64,000 nt of DNA from Neocallimastix sp. 'constans' (lineage: Eukaryota): the NCBI GenBank assembly GCA_050613775.1, contig JBODTK010000014.1:1-64000 (forward strand). The letters are read 5' to 3'. The notes beneath the pieces are model-generated. The model searched no databases. It worked only from the letters and a program-made list of their open reading frames with translations, and was not told where the DNA came from. This document shows, piece by piece, positions 38,236 through 54,325 of this stretch; positions within the stretch are counted from its first letter, which is position 1, and each line of letters starts with the position of its first letter. The translations under genes and the position numbers were made by a program.

Positions 38236-39969
38236 ATAATATATTAATTTTAAGTAAATAATATAGAGATATTTTAGAGATCTTTAAAAATTATAATTAT
38301 TACTTTACTTTATTGCTATATTTTGTAATTTAAATTAAAAAAGTTTTTTTTATAATAAATTCTTTTTATGTATTAATTATAATAAATACTTTTTTATGTT
38401 TTTAGAAATTATTATATAAAAATAATTGAAATAATAATAATAAATGCCCATTAATATGTGGATATTTAAGTAATAATTATTATTAATAATCCACAAATGG
38501 TTGTTAAAAAAAAAAAAAAAAAAAGTATAAATAATAATAAAACTTTTATTAATAAATAATTTTGAAAATATTTTAAATACATAAAAAATAATAATAATAT
38601 AGTTATTATTAATAAATATCTGAAAATAAATTCATAATTATGTAATTATTTAGAATTACATATTTAATAATGATTATTGCTATTTACTATATATCAATGA
38701 AATTTATGATATTATTATTTTTATCATATTTGTAATAATATATTAATATATAATTCTAAATAATAATAATTATTTCAAATATCATTTTTATATTAAAAAA
38801 ATAATAATGAATAATTATTAATCATAAATTATGAGTAACAATCATTATTACTAAGAAAAATAAAAACGCCTTTTTTTTTTCCCTTTTAACAATGAAAAAA
38901 AATTTTTTTTTTCTTTATTGAACAGTTTATATTTTTATATTTTTATATTTTTATTATACATAATAAAGGAATAGAAAAGTATCTTAAATAAAGTATATAT
39001 AATATATATATATAATAAATAAAATTTTATTTAAAGTTTTGATAAAATTCTTTTTTTTTTTTTTTTTTTTTTGGAATATTTTACATAAATCAAAAGTAAT
39101 TTTTTAATAGATCATCATTTAAATAAACCTTCATCTATGAATAAGAAATAATAATATGAATATTAAATATTTATATATATTTATTAGATTACTCAATTAT
39201 ATTTATTATTAAAATAATTTATTTTTATGGAATTTTTAATATTGTTCTATCAATATATTATTATTCTTTTATTATTAATAATCACTATTATTATTAATCA
39301 AAATTATTATTGTTAATGTAACATTAGTAACTTCGATATATTTATCATATTAATTATATTATATATTTAATTATATTATATTTTTATTTATATATTTATA
39401 TATATATATTTTTTTATTACTATTTTTAGTTTTATATGGTTTTATATTCATGAAATTTATTTTATCATATAATTACTATTACTTTATTTAAACTATATAT
39501 CATTTGATTAAAATTTATTCAAAAATAATAATGAAAATAAAAAAAAAAAAAAAAAAAATTGAGAAATAAACATCCAAATGATAAATGATAAAGTTATAAA
39601 ATAATAAAAATTGTATATATATTGAACTTTTTTTTTTTTATTAATATTTTTACTTAATTTTATTTTATTTTTATTATTATTATTATTACTTTATATATAT
39701 ATATATAGATTTATATAATTAGTTAATTAAAAAAGTAAAATAGATGAATTTTTTTTTTTTTTTTATATATATATATTTTTTTTAAATAATATTTTTTATC
39801 CATTATAATTATTATAGGAAATGTTGAGTACTAAAATACTAATTCTTAAACTAATAAATAATATAATAAAACTATTTTATATAGGATGTATGTTAATAAT
39901 TTTAAAAATATTGAAATAAATAAAAAATAATAATAATAATAAAATTTAATAAATTTTAAAAATTAAAAG

Positions 39970-40000
<31 letters not shown>

Positions 40001-40098
40001 TATAATAATATAAAATAAAATTAAATTCAATAAAATAAAATAACAATAATAATACTATAAAAAAATAATAATAAAAAAAAAAAAAAAAAAAAGGTTTA

Positions 40099-40132
<34 letters not shown>

Positions 40133-40533
40133 ATTCTTTACGGTTTTTTTTTTTTTTTTTTTTACTTAAATCTTTATATACAAATATAAATATATATAAT
40201 GATTTTTAAAAGATATATGGAATTAGTTATAATTATTAAATGAATGTAATAATAATAATGATTATTATTATTATTTTATTTAATTTAATTTAAACTGATA
40301 TTGACTAATAATAGTTTATGATATTCTAAATTTTTTTTTTTCTGTTTCTGTTTCTTATATAGTAAAAAAAATATATATATATATAAATACTGACTTTTTT
40401 TTTTTTTTTTTTTTTAATATTATATTAAATATATTGTAACTTAAAAATAAATAAAATTTTTATTAAATAATATAAAAAAAATTTTTTTAAAATATTTTAT
40501 TTATATGTATATATTGATTTTTTTTTTTTTTTT

Positions 40534-43500
40534 TTATTTTTCTGGCCCTGATTCATAATTGTGAACTTTAAAATGTTTATTATAATATTTTGAGGAATTA
40601 GAGGAATGACGACGATAATTTGAATTCATTGAAGGTTTATTATTTATATTAGGTGAAGCAGAAGAACGTTTTATATCTTCTTCATAATCCGAAGCTCGGG
40701 TAGAGACACTATTGGTTCGTGATAGAGAAGAACGTTTACTATTGGTATTACTACCTTCATCATAAAAATGATGAGATGAACCAGAACCGGTATTCATTTT
40801 ATATCGTTTATTACTACCTAAAGAATCTTTATCACCTCCAGGTAAATAACGTTTAGAAGAATAGGATAATGAAGCAGAAGATCCGGTAGAAGATTTTCTA
40901 CTTAAATCTCGATAGGAAGAGGAAGATCTTTCATTTATATGATTTCTTGAATAATCATTTGAAGTTATGGAATTATTGGAATAATTTCTTCTACGATTAT
41001 CTTGAGATAGTGAAGAAATAGAATGATGATGATGATTATAATTATTATTATTATTATTAATATTATTTGAATGAATTGAATTATGATTAGGATTATGATT
41101 ATAACTATTATTATTTGTATTCGTATTTGTATTCGTATTTGTATGATTTATATTATGATGATTATTATGATTATTAATATGATTTAAGGTAGGAGTTGTA
41201 TTTGTGGTATTATTATTACTACTACTATTATTATGTATATTATGATTAGTATGATTATTAGATTGAAGGGATTCTAATCGGGTATATAATGCACGTAGTT
41301 TACTACTACTGATGGTATTATTTTCATTAGGCCAAAACCAGGAAGCAAATTTCCAAAGATGACTTTCTAATTTTTCCTTTTTGGATTCACTGGAAAGATT
41401 ACCAACTATAGTTTGAATTAAATCACCAATAGCTTTTACTCTTTCCTTAATGAAATCAGCTTTCTTTTTACCAGAATAATTCTTTGATTTATCCTTCAGA
41501 GCCTTTAATTCTCGTTTAACAGGTCTCATTCGTTCTTTACAATCTCGTTCATCCATAGAAGAGTAATCGGATTCTTCATCTTCTTCATATTCTTCTTCTT
41601 CCTCTTCTTCTTCGTCTTCTTCTCCTACTTCTCCTTCTTCCATTTCTCTATGAGGTTTTTTATTTTTAGAATGAGAGGTAGAAGACGTCGTAGAATTCTT
41701 ATGAGAAGCTTTACTTCGTGAACTTTTACCATTGGCATGTTTTACAGAGGTGGAGACAGAATGTGTTTTTTCTTGTGATTGACGTTTACTAGAAGCACGT
41801 TGCTTTGAATTTGTACGTGTTCTCGATTTATTACTACTCATTTCTTCCGCTAATATCTTTAAGAGATATTCCGCACGACGATTAAGATGAACCGATTTAG
41901 GTAAGAGACGATCCTCTTCCTCAAAATCTTGATTATTTCCTAGGAAAAATTTATCTTTAAAATCAAGTGTATCATCCTTCTGTATTTTATCCCAATAGCC
42001 AAATCCATGTTTATAAATACCTACAAGAAGTAACGAATCATCCTTCTGTCCCCATTTACAATTCCAATTATTCACAGGTTTGAGGCTTGACGAAAGTCTA
42101 AAGAGTGTCAACTTATTATTTGCATTAGCATCCTTTAATCGTTTATTAAGCAGGGTTAAATCATTCACTCGTTGAAGGAATTGTGTGGCGTTGATATTGT
42201 TAACACCTTCATAGGAAACAAGAACAGATTTTGATTTTCGTGAGGAAGACGTTTCATTTTCATTAGCTTCATTATTATTTTGTTGAATGGATTCCTCACA
42301 GAAACTGTAGAGACCTTCATAGGTACTAACAATTAAATCATGATCTTTCATTTCTAAATCAGCGTCCTTCACAATATCATCATACCTTAAGTTAATATCT
42401 CCAAAACGTTGTATGGATTTCACTAAAGCTCTTACATCCTTTTCGGTCAAGAAATCGGTGTTTTCATTCTTCTTTCGACTAGTTTTGGAAGCTCTTCTTC
42501 TTCTTTTTCTTGGTGCTTCTTCATTTTGTTCCTGGTCTTGTTCATCATGATTTTCATCATTCTTTTCATTTGAATAGGTTGGAGCAGCGGCTCTTCTTCT
42601 TGCAGCATACATTAATTCCTCTTGACGTTCTTCTTCTTCCAACTTTTTACGTTCCTCTTCCGGAATAATTTCTTCCCAAGTTAAATCATTCACACCAAAA
42701 TCAGCAACCTTAAATTGTTCCAAGAACTCGGCACTTGCCTCCGAAAGATTCATGGATTCCGTCGTTTCAGTATGTTCAGCTCTTTCTAAAATTTCATCTA
42801 AATTCATTTCTTCCAGCTTTTCCGTACCTGCATCTTCAGAAAACATTTTTTGCGCACCAAACTTTAAAATAGCTTGTAATTCTTCCTTATTAAATTGATC
42901 GGCACGTTTTGATTTTTTATTAGTAGATTTTTGTAATAAGTTTTCACCAGAGGTATCCATCTGCTTAATAATACAATATTCTAATACCATCTTCTTTTTA
43001 GCACGATCTAAAATTTCTTCTTCAATGGTACCCTTCGACACAAATCGATACACATTGACATGATTCTTTTGACCGATACGATGGGCACGAGCCATGGCTT
43101 GTAAGTCATTCTGAGGATTCCAGTCAGAATCAAAAATAATGACGGTATCGGCTGTTTCCAAATTTAAACCTAAACCACCAGCCTTAGTAGATAATAGAAA
43201 GGCGAAATCAGGGGAACCCTCTGCATTATAATGTTCAATGGCCTTTTTACGGGCTTCTGAGCCCACACTACCATCTAAACGTTGATAGGTATAACCTCTA
43301 AGTACTAAATAATCCGATAGAATATCTAACATACGAACCATCTGAGAAAAGATTAAAACTCTATGGCCATCACTCTTTAGACGAGATAGTAGTTTATCTA
43401 ATAATACCATTTTACCAGAGTTCATAATTAAGCCTTTCAATTGTTCTTCACGATTATCTGTAATAACTTCAGCACCAGGGAATAAAAATGGATGATTACT

Positions 43501-46500
43501 GGCTTTTTTCAATTCCATAGCAATATTTAATAAAGAAAATTGACCTTGTCCGGCAACACCCTTATTTAACGCTGCAAAATTTTTAGTTAAAATATGCTTA
43601 TAATAGTGTACTTGCATATGAGATAATTCCACACGCAATACTCTTTCTGTTTTAGTAGGTAATGATTTTTCAACATCCTTTTTCAAACGTCTAAGCATAT
43701 ATGGCTTTAATCTTTCATGAAGCTGTCGTATACGCATTTCCGTATCAGCATCCGTTGAAATTTCGAAATTCTCCAAATCAGAAAATTCATCAGGCATAAT
43801 AAATCGAACCAACGAGTATAATTCATCAACATTATTTTGAAGTGGAGTACCTGTAATTAAGAGACGATTAGCATTATGAAAATCTTTTAAAATTTCATGA
43901 AGTTGAGAATCACGATTCTTTAAACGATGAGCTTCATCAACCGCTAAATACGTCCAACGAACTTCGCCTAAATATTGTCTATCCTTGATAATCAATTCAT
44001 AGGTAGTTAAAAGAACGTTAAATTTGTATTTCTTTTCTTTACCTTTCGTTGGAAGTAAGAATTCAAAATCACGGATAGTACCACGAGATACAGAATCTCC
44101 TGAATAAACAACAACATTCATATCTGGTGCCCATCGCTCAAATTCCTTTTGCCAGGAAGATATTGTTGATAATGGGACCACAACAAGAAATGGTCCGTAA
44201 ATATGCATAGTATGGAATAAATAGGATAAAAAGGATATTGATTGTACTGTTTTACCTAAACCCATTTCATCAGCTAAAATACCATTATTATTATTACACC
44301 ATAGATAGGCCATCCAATTTACACCGGTTAATTGATAATCACGTAATTCTCCTCCCTTTTTCATATATTCTGGTTGTTTTAATAATTTATCAAATTTTGG
44401 TCGATTATCTCTGGTATAATGCTTACTTTTATGAGGTACAAGTTGATTTTGCTGACGATCTAAGTATTCATCTATTTTATCCTGATAATTATCCGATATT
44501 AATTCTACATATTCCCATGTAGAATCACAATAAGGTAAACGTTTCCATTTACACAAATATTGAATTCCATGAGGATATTCATCGGTAGGTTCTACATCTC
44601 GTGAACATATTACTCTATCTACACTTTGATAATCTTTTAACATATCTCTTTCAATTTCTAAATTTACATTATATTGTTCTAATTGATCTTGTGTAATAAA
44701 TTTATCATTTCTATAATCTCTATCAGGGTTAATTTTTTGTTTTATATAATTTTCCACTTTTCTAAATCCTTTATACGGTTTTAAATCTTCATATCTTTCC
44801 CAAGTATTATGAAGATGTGACCATCCTTTCCATTTAATTAAAAATTCTACGGTTTGTATATATTTTAATGGATCATCTTCATTTTCTTCTAAATAATCAT
44901 CTATAAAATTGTTATTGTCATTTACATATAAATATTTATTTGTTTATACATTATTATATATATTATTTATTAATAAATAGATTTATATATTTTTTTAAAT
45001 ATAAATTATAAATATATAGATAGATAGATAGATTGAAAGATTGAAAGATAGAAAGATAGAAATATCATTTTTATTCTTTTGATAAAACTATCATTATTTA
45101 TTTAATAATTTTAAAGCAAAATTTACCTTTATTATCATATTTAAAATCAAAAACTCCTTCAATAACATCTCCTTCTTCCGCTATTTAGATAATTTAGTAT
45201 AAATAAAGTTATTAAATAGTATTTTTATTAATATAATTAATTTATTGTATATAAATATTTAATCATTTATTTATTTATTTAAAATTTAATATTAATATTA
45301 AATTATATAAAAATAAAAATAAATTTAAAAAAAAAAAAATTTAAATTCTTACGATCTTGAACAATTTCATAAGCAGCCAATTTTTTTGTTTTCTTTTTAA
45401 CTACTAAATCTTCTTCGGTCAAACCTAATTCTTCATCAAATTGACTTTCATCATAATTTTTCACTGATCTTGTTCTTGATGAATATCTTAAACTTTCTAC
45501 AATACTACTTACTTCTTGTTTATCTGTACTTTTCGATGATCTTCTTGAACGTTTCCGTCTAGATTTTGTTGGCTTTGCACCCCAATCTTCATCTGAAGAT
45601 GAAGATGCTTCGGTATATTCCACTTCTGATCCATATTCATATGAACTTGTCCTTGAAGATGCTTTTTTATAGGTTTTAATATTTTAATGTTTTATATCAT
45701 AAATATATTATATAATATATATTTACATAATAAATTAAAGATAAAATTAATTATTTCTGATTTAATATTTCCAAATAATTTTATTGTTATAATAAATATA
45801 TGTAAATTTGAACTTTATATAGTGATGTTTTATTTACTTCTTGATGAGGTATTATATGTTTTTCTTTTTCTTTGTTGTCTGGTTTTTCTTGTTTTATTCT
45901 TCCGGGTATATCTATGAGTAGAAGAATAATCACTACCACTATTATCATCAAAAGTTACATCAGTATTATTATCAATATTATCAATATATTCATCCTACAA
46001 TTAACAATATACAAAAAATTAATATATCTTTAATTATTTTATTTTTCATTTTACTCTTTTTTTTTCTCAATATTTTCTAAAGTTTAAAATTTGAAATTTA
46101 ATTAGTATAATAAAATTATTTAAATTATTCAATAAAAAATAAATATTATAGCCTAATTCTTTTTTTAAAAAAAATAAAATAATATTTGAAATTAACAAAT
46201 GATAAATAAATAAAATAAAATTAAAAAATAATAATCTGATAATATTTTTTTTTACTTTATTCTTTATTTTTTTTTTTTTAGATATTATTTTAAAAATTCT
46301 ATTCTTACTTCATATCTTTTTGGTTGAACTTTAGTTCTACTAGACCGCCTAAGGCCATAGAGTTCAGGATCAAGAGCTTCAAAACTTTTCTTTTTTGTTG
46401 TTCGTTTTTTAGGTTTTGGGGGTTCTTTCACTACTGGAACTTCTTCTTCGGAACTTATTTCTTCAAACGTATCATTAAATGGTGTTAAATTTTCTATTTC

Positions 46501-47169
46501 ATTTTCATTTTCAATTTCATTTTCATTATCAATTTCATTTTCAATTTCATTTTCAATTTCATTTTCTATGGTATTATCATTTATTGTTGAATTTTCATTT
46601 TCACTTTCTATTATATGATTATTTCCTTTTATTGATTCTACTTCTGAATATGATAAATCAGAATCCGAAGAACTTGATAAACTAAATGATGAATCGGATT
46701 GGATATGATTACTTTCAGGTTGACTCTCATTACTTGAATCTTGTTTATTTTAAATTTAGTTATTGAAATGATAATAAAAATATTTAAGTGAATAAATAAA
46801 TTTTAACAAAAAAAAAGGTTTATAATAAAATATTAATTATTTATTTGTTATTTTGAATGAATTAAATGTAATATTATAACATTTGTAATTATAAATGTTT
46901 AATTGAATATAATTATTATAATAATTTAAAAATTATTATTATTATTGATTTTTATTTTATAATATATATATATATTTATGTTTTTTAACTATTTCAATGA
47001 AACTATTCTACTGTTCTTTGATAAAACGCTACTCTATTTTTTTTCTAAATTACTATTTAAATTTTCTATAATAATTTAAAATTATAAAATATAAATAAAT
47101 GATTGAATAAAATGATAAATTATTATTACCAATTGAAGAGTGATCACTATAATCTGATGAAAAAGACAT
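40534..47169 (-). CDS. CHD1: CHD1 chromodomain-helicase-DNA-binding remodeller, ~1785 aa, 6 exons (47169-47130, 46739-46309, 45994-45838, 45661-45353, 45180-45127, 44900-40534)
   Basis: [13 protein letters not shown]-terminal motif; tandem chromodomains ([26 protein letters not shown]); SNF2 motifs [14 protein letters not shown] and [20 protein letters not shown] region. GT-AG phases are consistent. Confidence 0.95.
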
Positions 47170-47950
47170 TAACAAAGTGTTTTACATTAATAAATAATAT
47201 AATGGTAATATATTAACTACAATGTTTGAAACGTTATGTTTTCAAAAAAAAAAAAAAAAATACAGAAAAAAAATTTAAATAAAAAGTCAATAAATTTTGT
47301 AAAAGTTATTTTTATAAAAAAATATATAATATAAATAGTAAATAATCAGCTTATTTATTAATAAACAATTTTTTTATTAATAACGATGTTTTATACTATT
47401 ATTTATTAATTGCATAACTAAAAAAAAAAAACATAGAAGAGTAGTATTATAAAAAAAAATTTACTGAAAAAAAAAAATTATTGTTACATTTTCCTTTATG
47501 AATTATTTTTATTATTTATATTATTTGTGTTGTTTTTATTGTATTTATTTATACTTTCATTTTATTATACTTTAGTTTTTTTTTTTTATTATTATTATTC
47601 CTTTATTTATTTTTTTCTTATTTATTTATTTTTTTTATTTATTTCCCTTATAATATTAAAGTATTTATTTTGAAAATGAATTTCATTAATTTATAAATTT
47701 CAATTTTAAATTCTATAATAAATGAATATATCAAATATCTCATCTATAATCTACGTCCTTTTTTAATATAAAATATTAACTTTTAAATATATATATATTG
47801 TATAAATATGTTATATAACTCCTGAACTTTTTTATTATCTTGAATTTATATATTGAATGAAATTTTTGAATTTCTAAATTAAAAAAAAAAAAATTCATAA
47901 ATTTATATATATTATTATTATTATTTTATTTTTATTTAATATTAATATCA

Positions 47951-47993
<43 letters not shown>

Positions 47994-48809
47994 AAAATCT
48001 ATTTTTTATTATTATTATTATTATTAAAGATTTATTTTTTTTTTTTCAATTCAATAAATTTAATTTTATTAAATAAAAAAAATTACTTTTTATATAATTT
48101 TAATATAATTGAAAATGATTTTTTAAATTTATATTTTTAAAAACCTTTTTATTTATTTTGCAATAAAAAAAAAAAAATAATTCTTTTTTTTTTTATTTAA
48201 ACTTAAATTTCAAAAAAGATCTCTTTTTTTTTTTTTTTTATATTATATATATATATATTATGATAAATATAAAATATTTCTTATTTCTTATTTTTTTATT
48301 TTTTTATTTTTTTATTTTATTTTTTTTTTTTTTATTTGGTATATTTAAAATTTAAATATAATATATAATTAATATATATATAATAAATTTTTTAATTGTA
48401 TTTTATTTTATTTTAAATAATATTACTGTATATAATAAAATAAATGATAATAAAAGCTTTCATATAATTATTTTATATAACAAAATATATTATACTATAA
48501 TATACTAAATGTATTGCAAACTATAATTTTAATATATTTAACACTATTATATTAAATTTTATATTTAATCTTCTATATATAATTATTTTTTTTATCTTTT
48601 ATTTTTTTTTATATTTTATTTTTATAAAAAGAAAAGAAGTAATAATGTCTAATTTATTTAATACTTTTTTTTTATTTTGAATCATTTTTTTTATCATCTT
48701 AAAGGTATGTATAAAAGTAAAGATAATGTTAAAATACAATATATGATATATGATTCTTATATATATATATAAATAAAATAAAAAAGTTTATATTGACATA
48801 AGTAACATG

Positions 48810-48840
<31 letters not shown>

Positions 48841-49835
48841 TATTATTTTGTGTAAAAAAAAGAATTTAAACTCTTATTCATATTATTTTAATTTATTTTA
48901 TTTATATTAATAATGTATCTACATTTTAATTATGTACATTAATTCTTGAAATATATTGGTTGGTTCTATGATATTAATATCAATACCAATATAAATTAAT
49001 GTATTAAAAAAGTGGATATGAAATATATTTTAATTTTATATTTTTATATATTTATTGTTGATTTATTAATAAATTTAAAAAGATTAAAGAAAAAAAAAAT
49101 TTTTTTTTCATAATTTTTAATAAATATAACGTCATTTAATTATTTAATTATCTTTCATAATATTAATATTTAATTTTATGGTTATAATCCTTTTAAGGGA
49201 TTTTTGAAAATTTATTCAATTTCTGATAATATCAATAGTAATAATAATAATATTATTAATATTAATATTAAAGAATTATAAAAATTGTTAATAAAATATA
49301 TACTAATGGAAATAATATTTCTTTAATACTTAATTTTTACTTTTTCCTTTTAATTATGAATATTCATGTTATGTTTAATAAGTTTTAAATACAATAAATA
49401 TATTTAATATTCAAAATGGTTATAGATTCTTTGAAAATAGATGAAATATAATAAGTAATTGTAACGATTTATATTAATAGTAAAAATAATAGAAGCAATA
49501 GTTGTAATGATAATGATATTTATGAAATATTAAATATTTTATTAATTACTTAAATTTTAAAAAAACTTAAATAATATTCTCTATTTTGAATAGTTTTTCT
49601 ATTATGCTTAGTCATACTATTGATAGATATATTAAAAGTTTTCAATAGAATAAGGATAAAAAATTAAATAAAATATGAAAAACATAAAAATATATTATCT
49701 TTTCTGTATTTGTGTATGGTTAATACATATTATACACTAAAAGTGTATGTAATATTTATAATGATAATAGATAGAATGTAGTAAATAATTTTTTTCTACT
49801 TTCAAAAAAGGTTAAATTATTTAATTTTTGATATA

Positions 49836-50075
49836 GTAATTACAGTAATAATAGTAATAATAGTAGTTGTAGTAATAAGAGTAATAGTAGAAGGAGGTAT
49901 AATAGTAATAATAGTGGTTGTAGTAATAAGAGTAATAGTAGAAGGAGTTATAATAGTAATAATAGTGGTTGTGATAATAATAGTAGTACCTGTAATATGA
50001 GTAATAACTGAAGAAGTCACAAAGGTAATAGGTAGCAAGCAATAGAATAGTTAACAATTATAGTAGTAATAATAG
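49836..50075. repeat. Degenerate (AGT/AAT) trinucleotide-based repeat with a ~45-bp higher-order unit
   Basis: gttgtagtaataagagtaatagtagaaggag is repeated at ~49866 and ~49917. Confidence 0.7.
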
Positions 50076-50417
50076 TTTTTATATGAAATATTAATCATAT
50101 ATATGTTTTATATAACTTAAATAATTATTATAAATGGTTTCACCATTACTCTAAATCATATAATTAATAGATATATTGAAATTTTCAAAAAGAATAAAAA
50201 AAATTAAAATAAAATGTATATATATATAAATTTTTAACCTTTAAAGAAATTATTTTTTTTTTTTTAGAAGAATAGAACACTTTCATAATTTTGATTAATA
50301 TAAAAAAATTTAATGGATATATATTATTAAAAAAAAAAACAATTATTAAATAAAACTATATTAATATAAAATAAAATTATTTGTAACCATTTAGTATTTA
50401 ATGATATAAAAATAAAA

Positions 50418-50453
<36 letters not shown>

Positions 50454-50658
50454 AAAATAAAATCATATAAACCTTTGTAAATAAGAATAAATGAGTAATG
50501 TACATTTTATTATTAAACAAATCGAATTATCATTATGAAATTTGGTATCTTTTGATTCATTGAATTTTTTTTTATTTGTGTATTTGATAAATAATTTCAA
50601 AAAACTACTAGTTCATCGTAGCTTTTTCGATGTAACTTTAACTCTCTCTGAAATAAAG

Positions 50659-50708
<50 letters not shown>

Positions 50709-51366
50709 TATCAATTAGAAACTCGAAAAAGATAATAATTTCTAATACATAATAGCCCATTAAACAACATATTATTATTTTAAATGATACATATATATAT
50801 ATTTATAATAAATGATTATAAATTGTTTTAAAAAGAATTTATAAAAATTATTGAATTACCTTTTTTTTTTTATTTTTTCAAATGACATGAAATTTTAAAT
50901 TATTTATTATTTGATTTTAAAATTTATACAAATAGGTTAAAATCTATATGTATAAAATAATTAAATTTAATAGTAAAAACAGATTATCTATAAAACAAAC
51001 ATATAATAATATTGTCAATCTCCAGTTATGTTTTCAATAAAAATTTTAATAAAATAAAATAGCCTTTTTAATTGACCCCTCACAAATTTAAATTTAAAAA
51101 TAAAAAAAAAAAAAAAAGAATATTTATAAATTTCTACTTTTATTTATTTGAAAGCATTGCCATTAAAATGAACAAATGAATATGTTTTAATTACACTTTA
51201 TATTCATTTTCACAATATACAAAATTCATTCTTATATAAAATTTAATAATATATATTAATAATAAACAAATATTATATTGTTTGTCAATTCTATGAAAAT
51301 TTACTATTCTATAAATACTACACAAAGCAATTAAAATAATACATATATACATATATATAACATATA

Positions 51367-51398
<32 letters not shown>

Positions 51399-51670
51399 AA
51401 TTTTTTTATTTTTATTTTATTATTTTTATTTTTTTTTATTTTTTTATTTTTTTATTTTTTTATTTTTTTATTTTTTTATTTTTTTTTATTAAATATATAT
51501 ATTATTATTTATGTTTTATATTTTATATTTATTTTATTATGGTATTAATAATACTTTTATATATATATTTAGTTAAATATAAAAATCAATAAATAAAAAA
51601 GATAAAGTTTTTTATTTATTCAAGTTGATATGAATTTGTTTACTGAAATTTATTTTTAAAATTGGATAGT

Positions 51671-53014
51671 TTAATAGCAAGAACTGAACCATTCACAAAA
51701 TTCTCTTTCATTGATAGTACCTGATCTATCAGTATCAATCATATAGTATAAACGATTCATTTCGCTTTGAGGAATATTAACACCCAAGTAGGACATACAA
51801 TGGGCCCATTCTTATATTATTTCAATATTAATATATATTATGAATATAATAATTCATGAATAAAACAAAAATAAAATAAAATAAATGTTTATATAATAAG
51901 TATATTATTTTATAAAAAAAAATATCTAATAATTTCATTTTATTATATTTTTATTATATGCATTTTATAAAAAAAAATCTAATGATTTTCATTTTATTAT
52001 ATTTTTAATACAATATATATATATATTTTATGTTACCTGCTTGACTTAAAGTACCACTATGATCTTTATCGAAATAACGGAAGGCATTACTAGCTGTTAT
52101 CATTTTTTGAGCTTGTTGTGGTGATACATTAGTTGGAACCACATAAGCAGAAGTAGCACTATATGGGTTAGTATAATTATATTGAGCTTTAGTCTATTAT
52201 ATTTATGCATATACATCGTTAAATTTTATTTCATATTATTTATTGAATATATATATATATATATATATATTTGTTGGTGTTGTTTTTAATATCAGTTTAA
52301 TTTAGTAAATGTAATAAAAATATACATAAAATAAAAATATATATATAATAAAAAAAATATATATATGAATTCATTTTAAACAATTGTTAAAATAGAATAA
52401 AATATAGATTATAAAATGTAATAAAATTATATAAATAATTAATAAAATGTAATAAAATTATACATAAAGAAAAAAAAATATTTATATAAAAAAAAATAAT
52501 ACGAATTCATTTTATATAATTATTAAAATAGATTAAAATATAAAACTTTATTTAAACTTACATAAGACTGTGGATGCATATACTAGAAAATTATTAATAT
52601 ATTTGTAATAAAGATAAAAGGTTTTATAATTTAATTTTATAATTTTTTAATTTAGTTTTACTAGATGTATTCCAATTAAATAATTTTTTATAAATTTTAT
52701 ATAAAATTAAATATATTTACTTGTCCATATCCGTATGCTGGAGCAGCATATCCATAAGCAGGTGCAGCATATCCATAAGCTGGGGCACCGTAAGGTTGGT
52801 ATCCTTGTTGTGGGTAACCACCATAATAACTACCTTGTGGAGGATAACCATAATAACTACCTTGTTGTTGTGGTGGATAACCTCCTTGTTGTTGAGGATA
52901 ACCTCCTTGTTGTTGTTGAGGATAACCTTGTGGTGGTGGATAACTTTGTTGTTGTCCTTGTGGTGGTGGGTAACTACCTTGTGGTGGGTAACCTCCTTGT
53001 TGGTTTTGGTACAT
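51671..53014 (-). CDS. Calcium-binding protein, 203 aa: Gly/Tyr/Pro/Gln-rich N-terminus plus two EF-hands; 4 exons (53014-52721, 52582-52562, 52193-52037, 51810-51671)
   Basis: GYPPQ repeats; canonical loops DKDHSGTLSQAE and DTDRSGTINERE; GT-AG introns; 612 nt in frame. Confidence 0.9.
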
Positions 53015-53066
53015 TTCCTTTATTTATTTATTTATTAATTAATTTTTTGTTAGATATATTGATTGA

Positions 53067-53097
<31 letters not shown>

Positions 53098-53694
53098 GAT
53101 TATTTGATTGATTAATTGAATAATAATTTGATTTATAGAAAATATATTAAATATTTATTTCGAATTTTATTTTTATTTTTGTTTAAGTTTTATCTTTTTT
53201 TTCTTTTTTTTTTTAATAATTAAAAGAAAAACGTTATTTTTTCAAAGGATATAAAAGGGAAAAGGAGATAAAAACAGTATTAATATTTGAAACTTCAAAA
53301 AAAAAAAAAAAAAATAAAAAAAAAATTTACTATTTTATAACTTTATAATTAGTCTTGATTAAATGAACGTATAAATAAATAAATAACTTTATTTATTATT
53401 TGTTTTAATAAATAAATAAATAAATAAATTATTAACATAATAAATTTAACTTTTATAAATGTTTTATGAAGTCCTAATCAATAAAAAAAGATTTTTTTTT
53501 TTACTATATTTAAATTATTAACTTTTCATAGAAAGTATATAAAATTTAGAAATATATTAATTTTTATTTTACAATATTAAACCATCATCTGGATTATTAA
53601 TTATCCATTAATCTATTTTTATTTTTATTTTTTATTTTTTATTTATTTATTTATTTTTTTTTATATATTAAAATATTTATAATTTTATATATAA

Positions 53695-54292
53695 TATTAT
53701 ATAATATATTTAGTGAGACAAAAATCATTAAAAAATATGAAAATTTTAATAATAAGTAAGTGAATAAAATGTATTTTAAATAAATTAGATTATATATAAA
53801 ATTTTTATGTAAAATTTAATTTTAATATGAAAATGAATGAGAAAGGATATTTAATATACAAAAGGTTATAATAATATAATTAAAAATTAATAAATAAAGT
53901 GTCTATTTTTATAACAGATTAAGAGCATCAAATGCTCATAATCATTTGATAGTATAACATAAAATATATTGAGGAATATATAAAAATTCATTAATTAATG
54001 AAATGTTGAAATAAAAATAAAAAAATTATTTTATCATTTAAACAAAAAAAAAAAAGTAAAAATAAAAATAAATATTTTAAAAAAATAATAATAAAAGCTA
54101 AAATCAAATTAATTAACAAATAAACAAAAAGAACTATGAAAGAAACGCTACAAAAGATATTTTGGATAGTACCAATTTCAAATTATTGAAACAAGAATTT
54201 TACCTTTTGTTTAAGAAAAAAAAAATTATAAAGTTATATACAAAAGGAAAAAGTCAAAAAATCTTTTGGAAAAGCAAACTTAAAACAAAGAA

Positions 54293-54325
<33 letters not shown>

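Noticed and set aside
49817..50057. Thr/Ile-rich and Tyr-rich ORFs
   Set aside because: Translations of a simple trinucleotide-like repeat, with no gene context.
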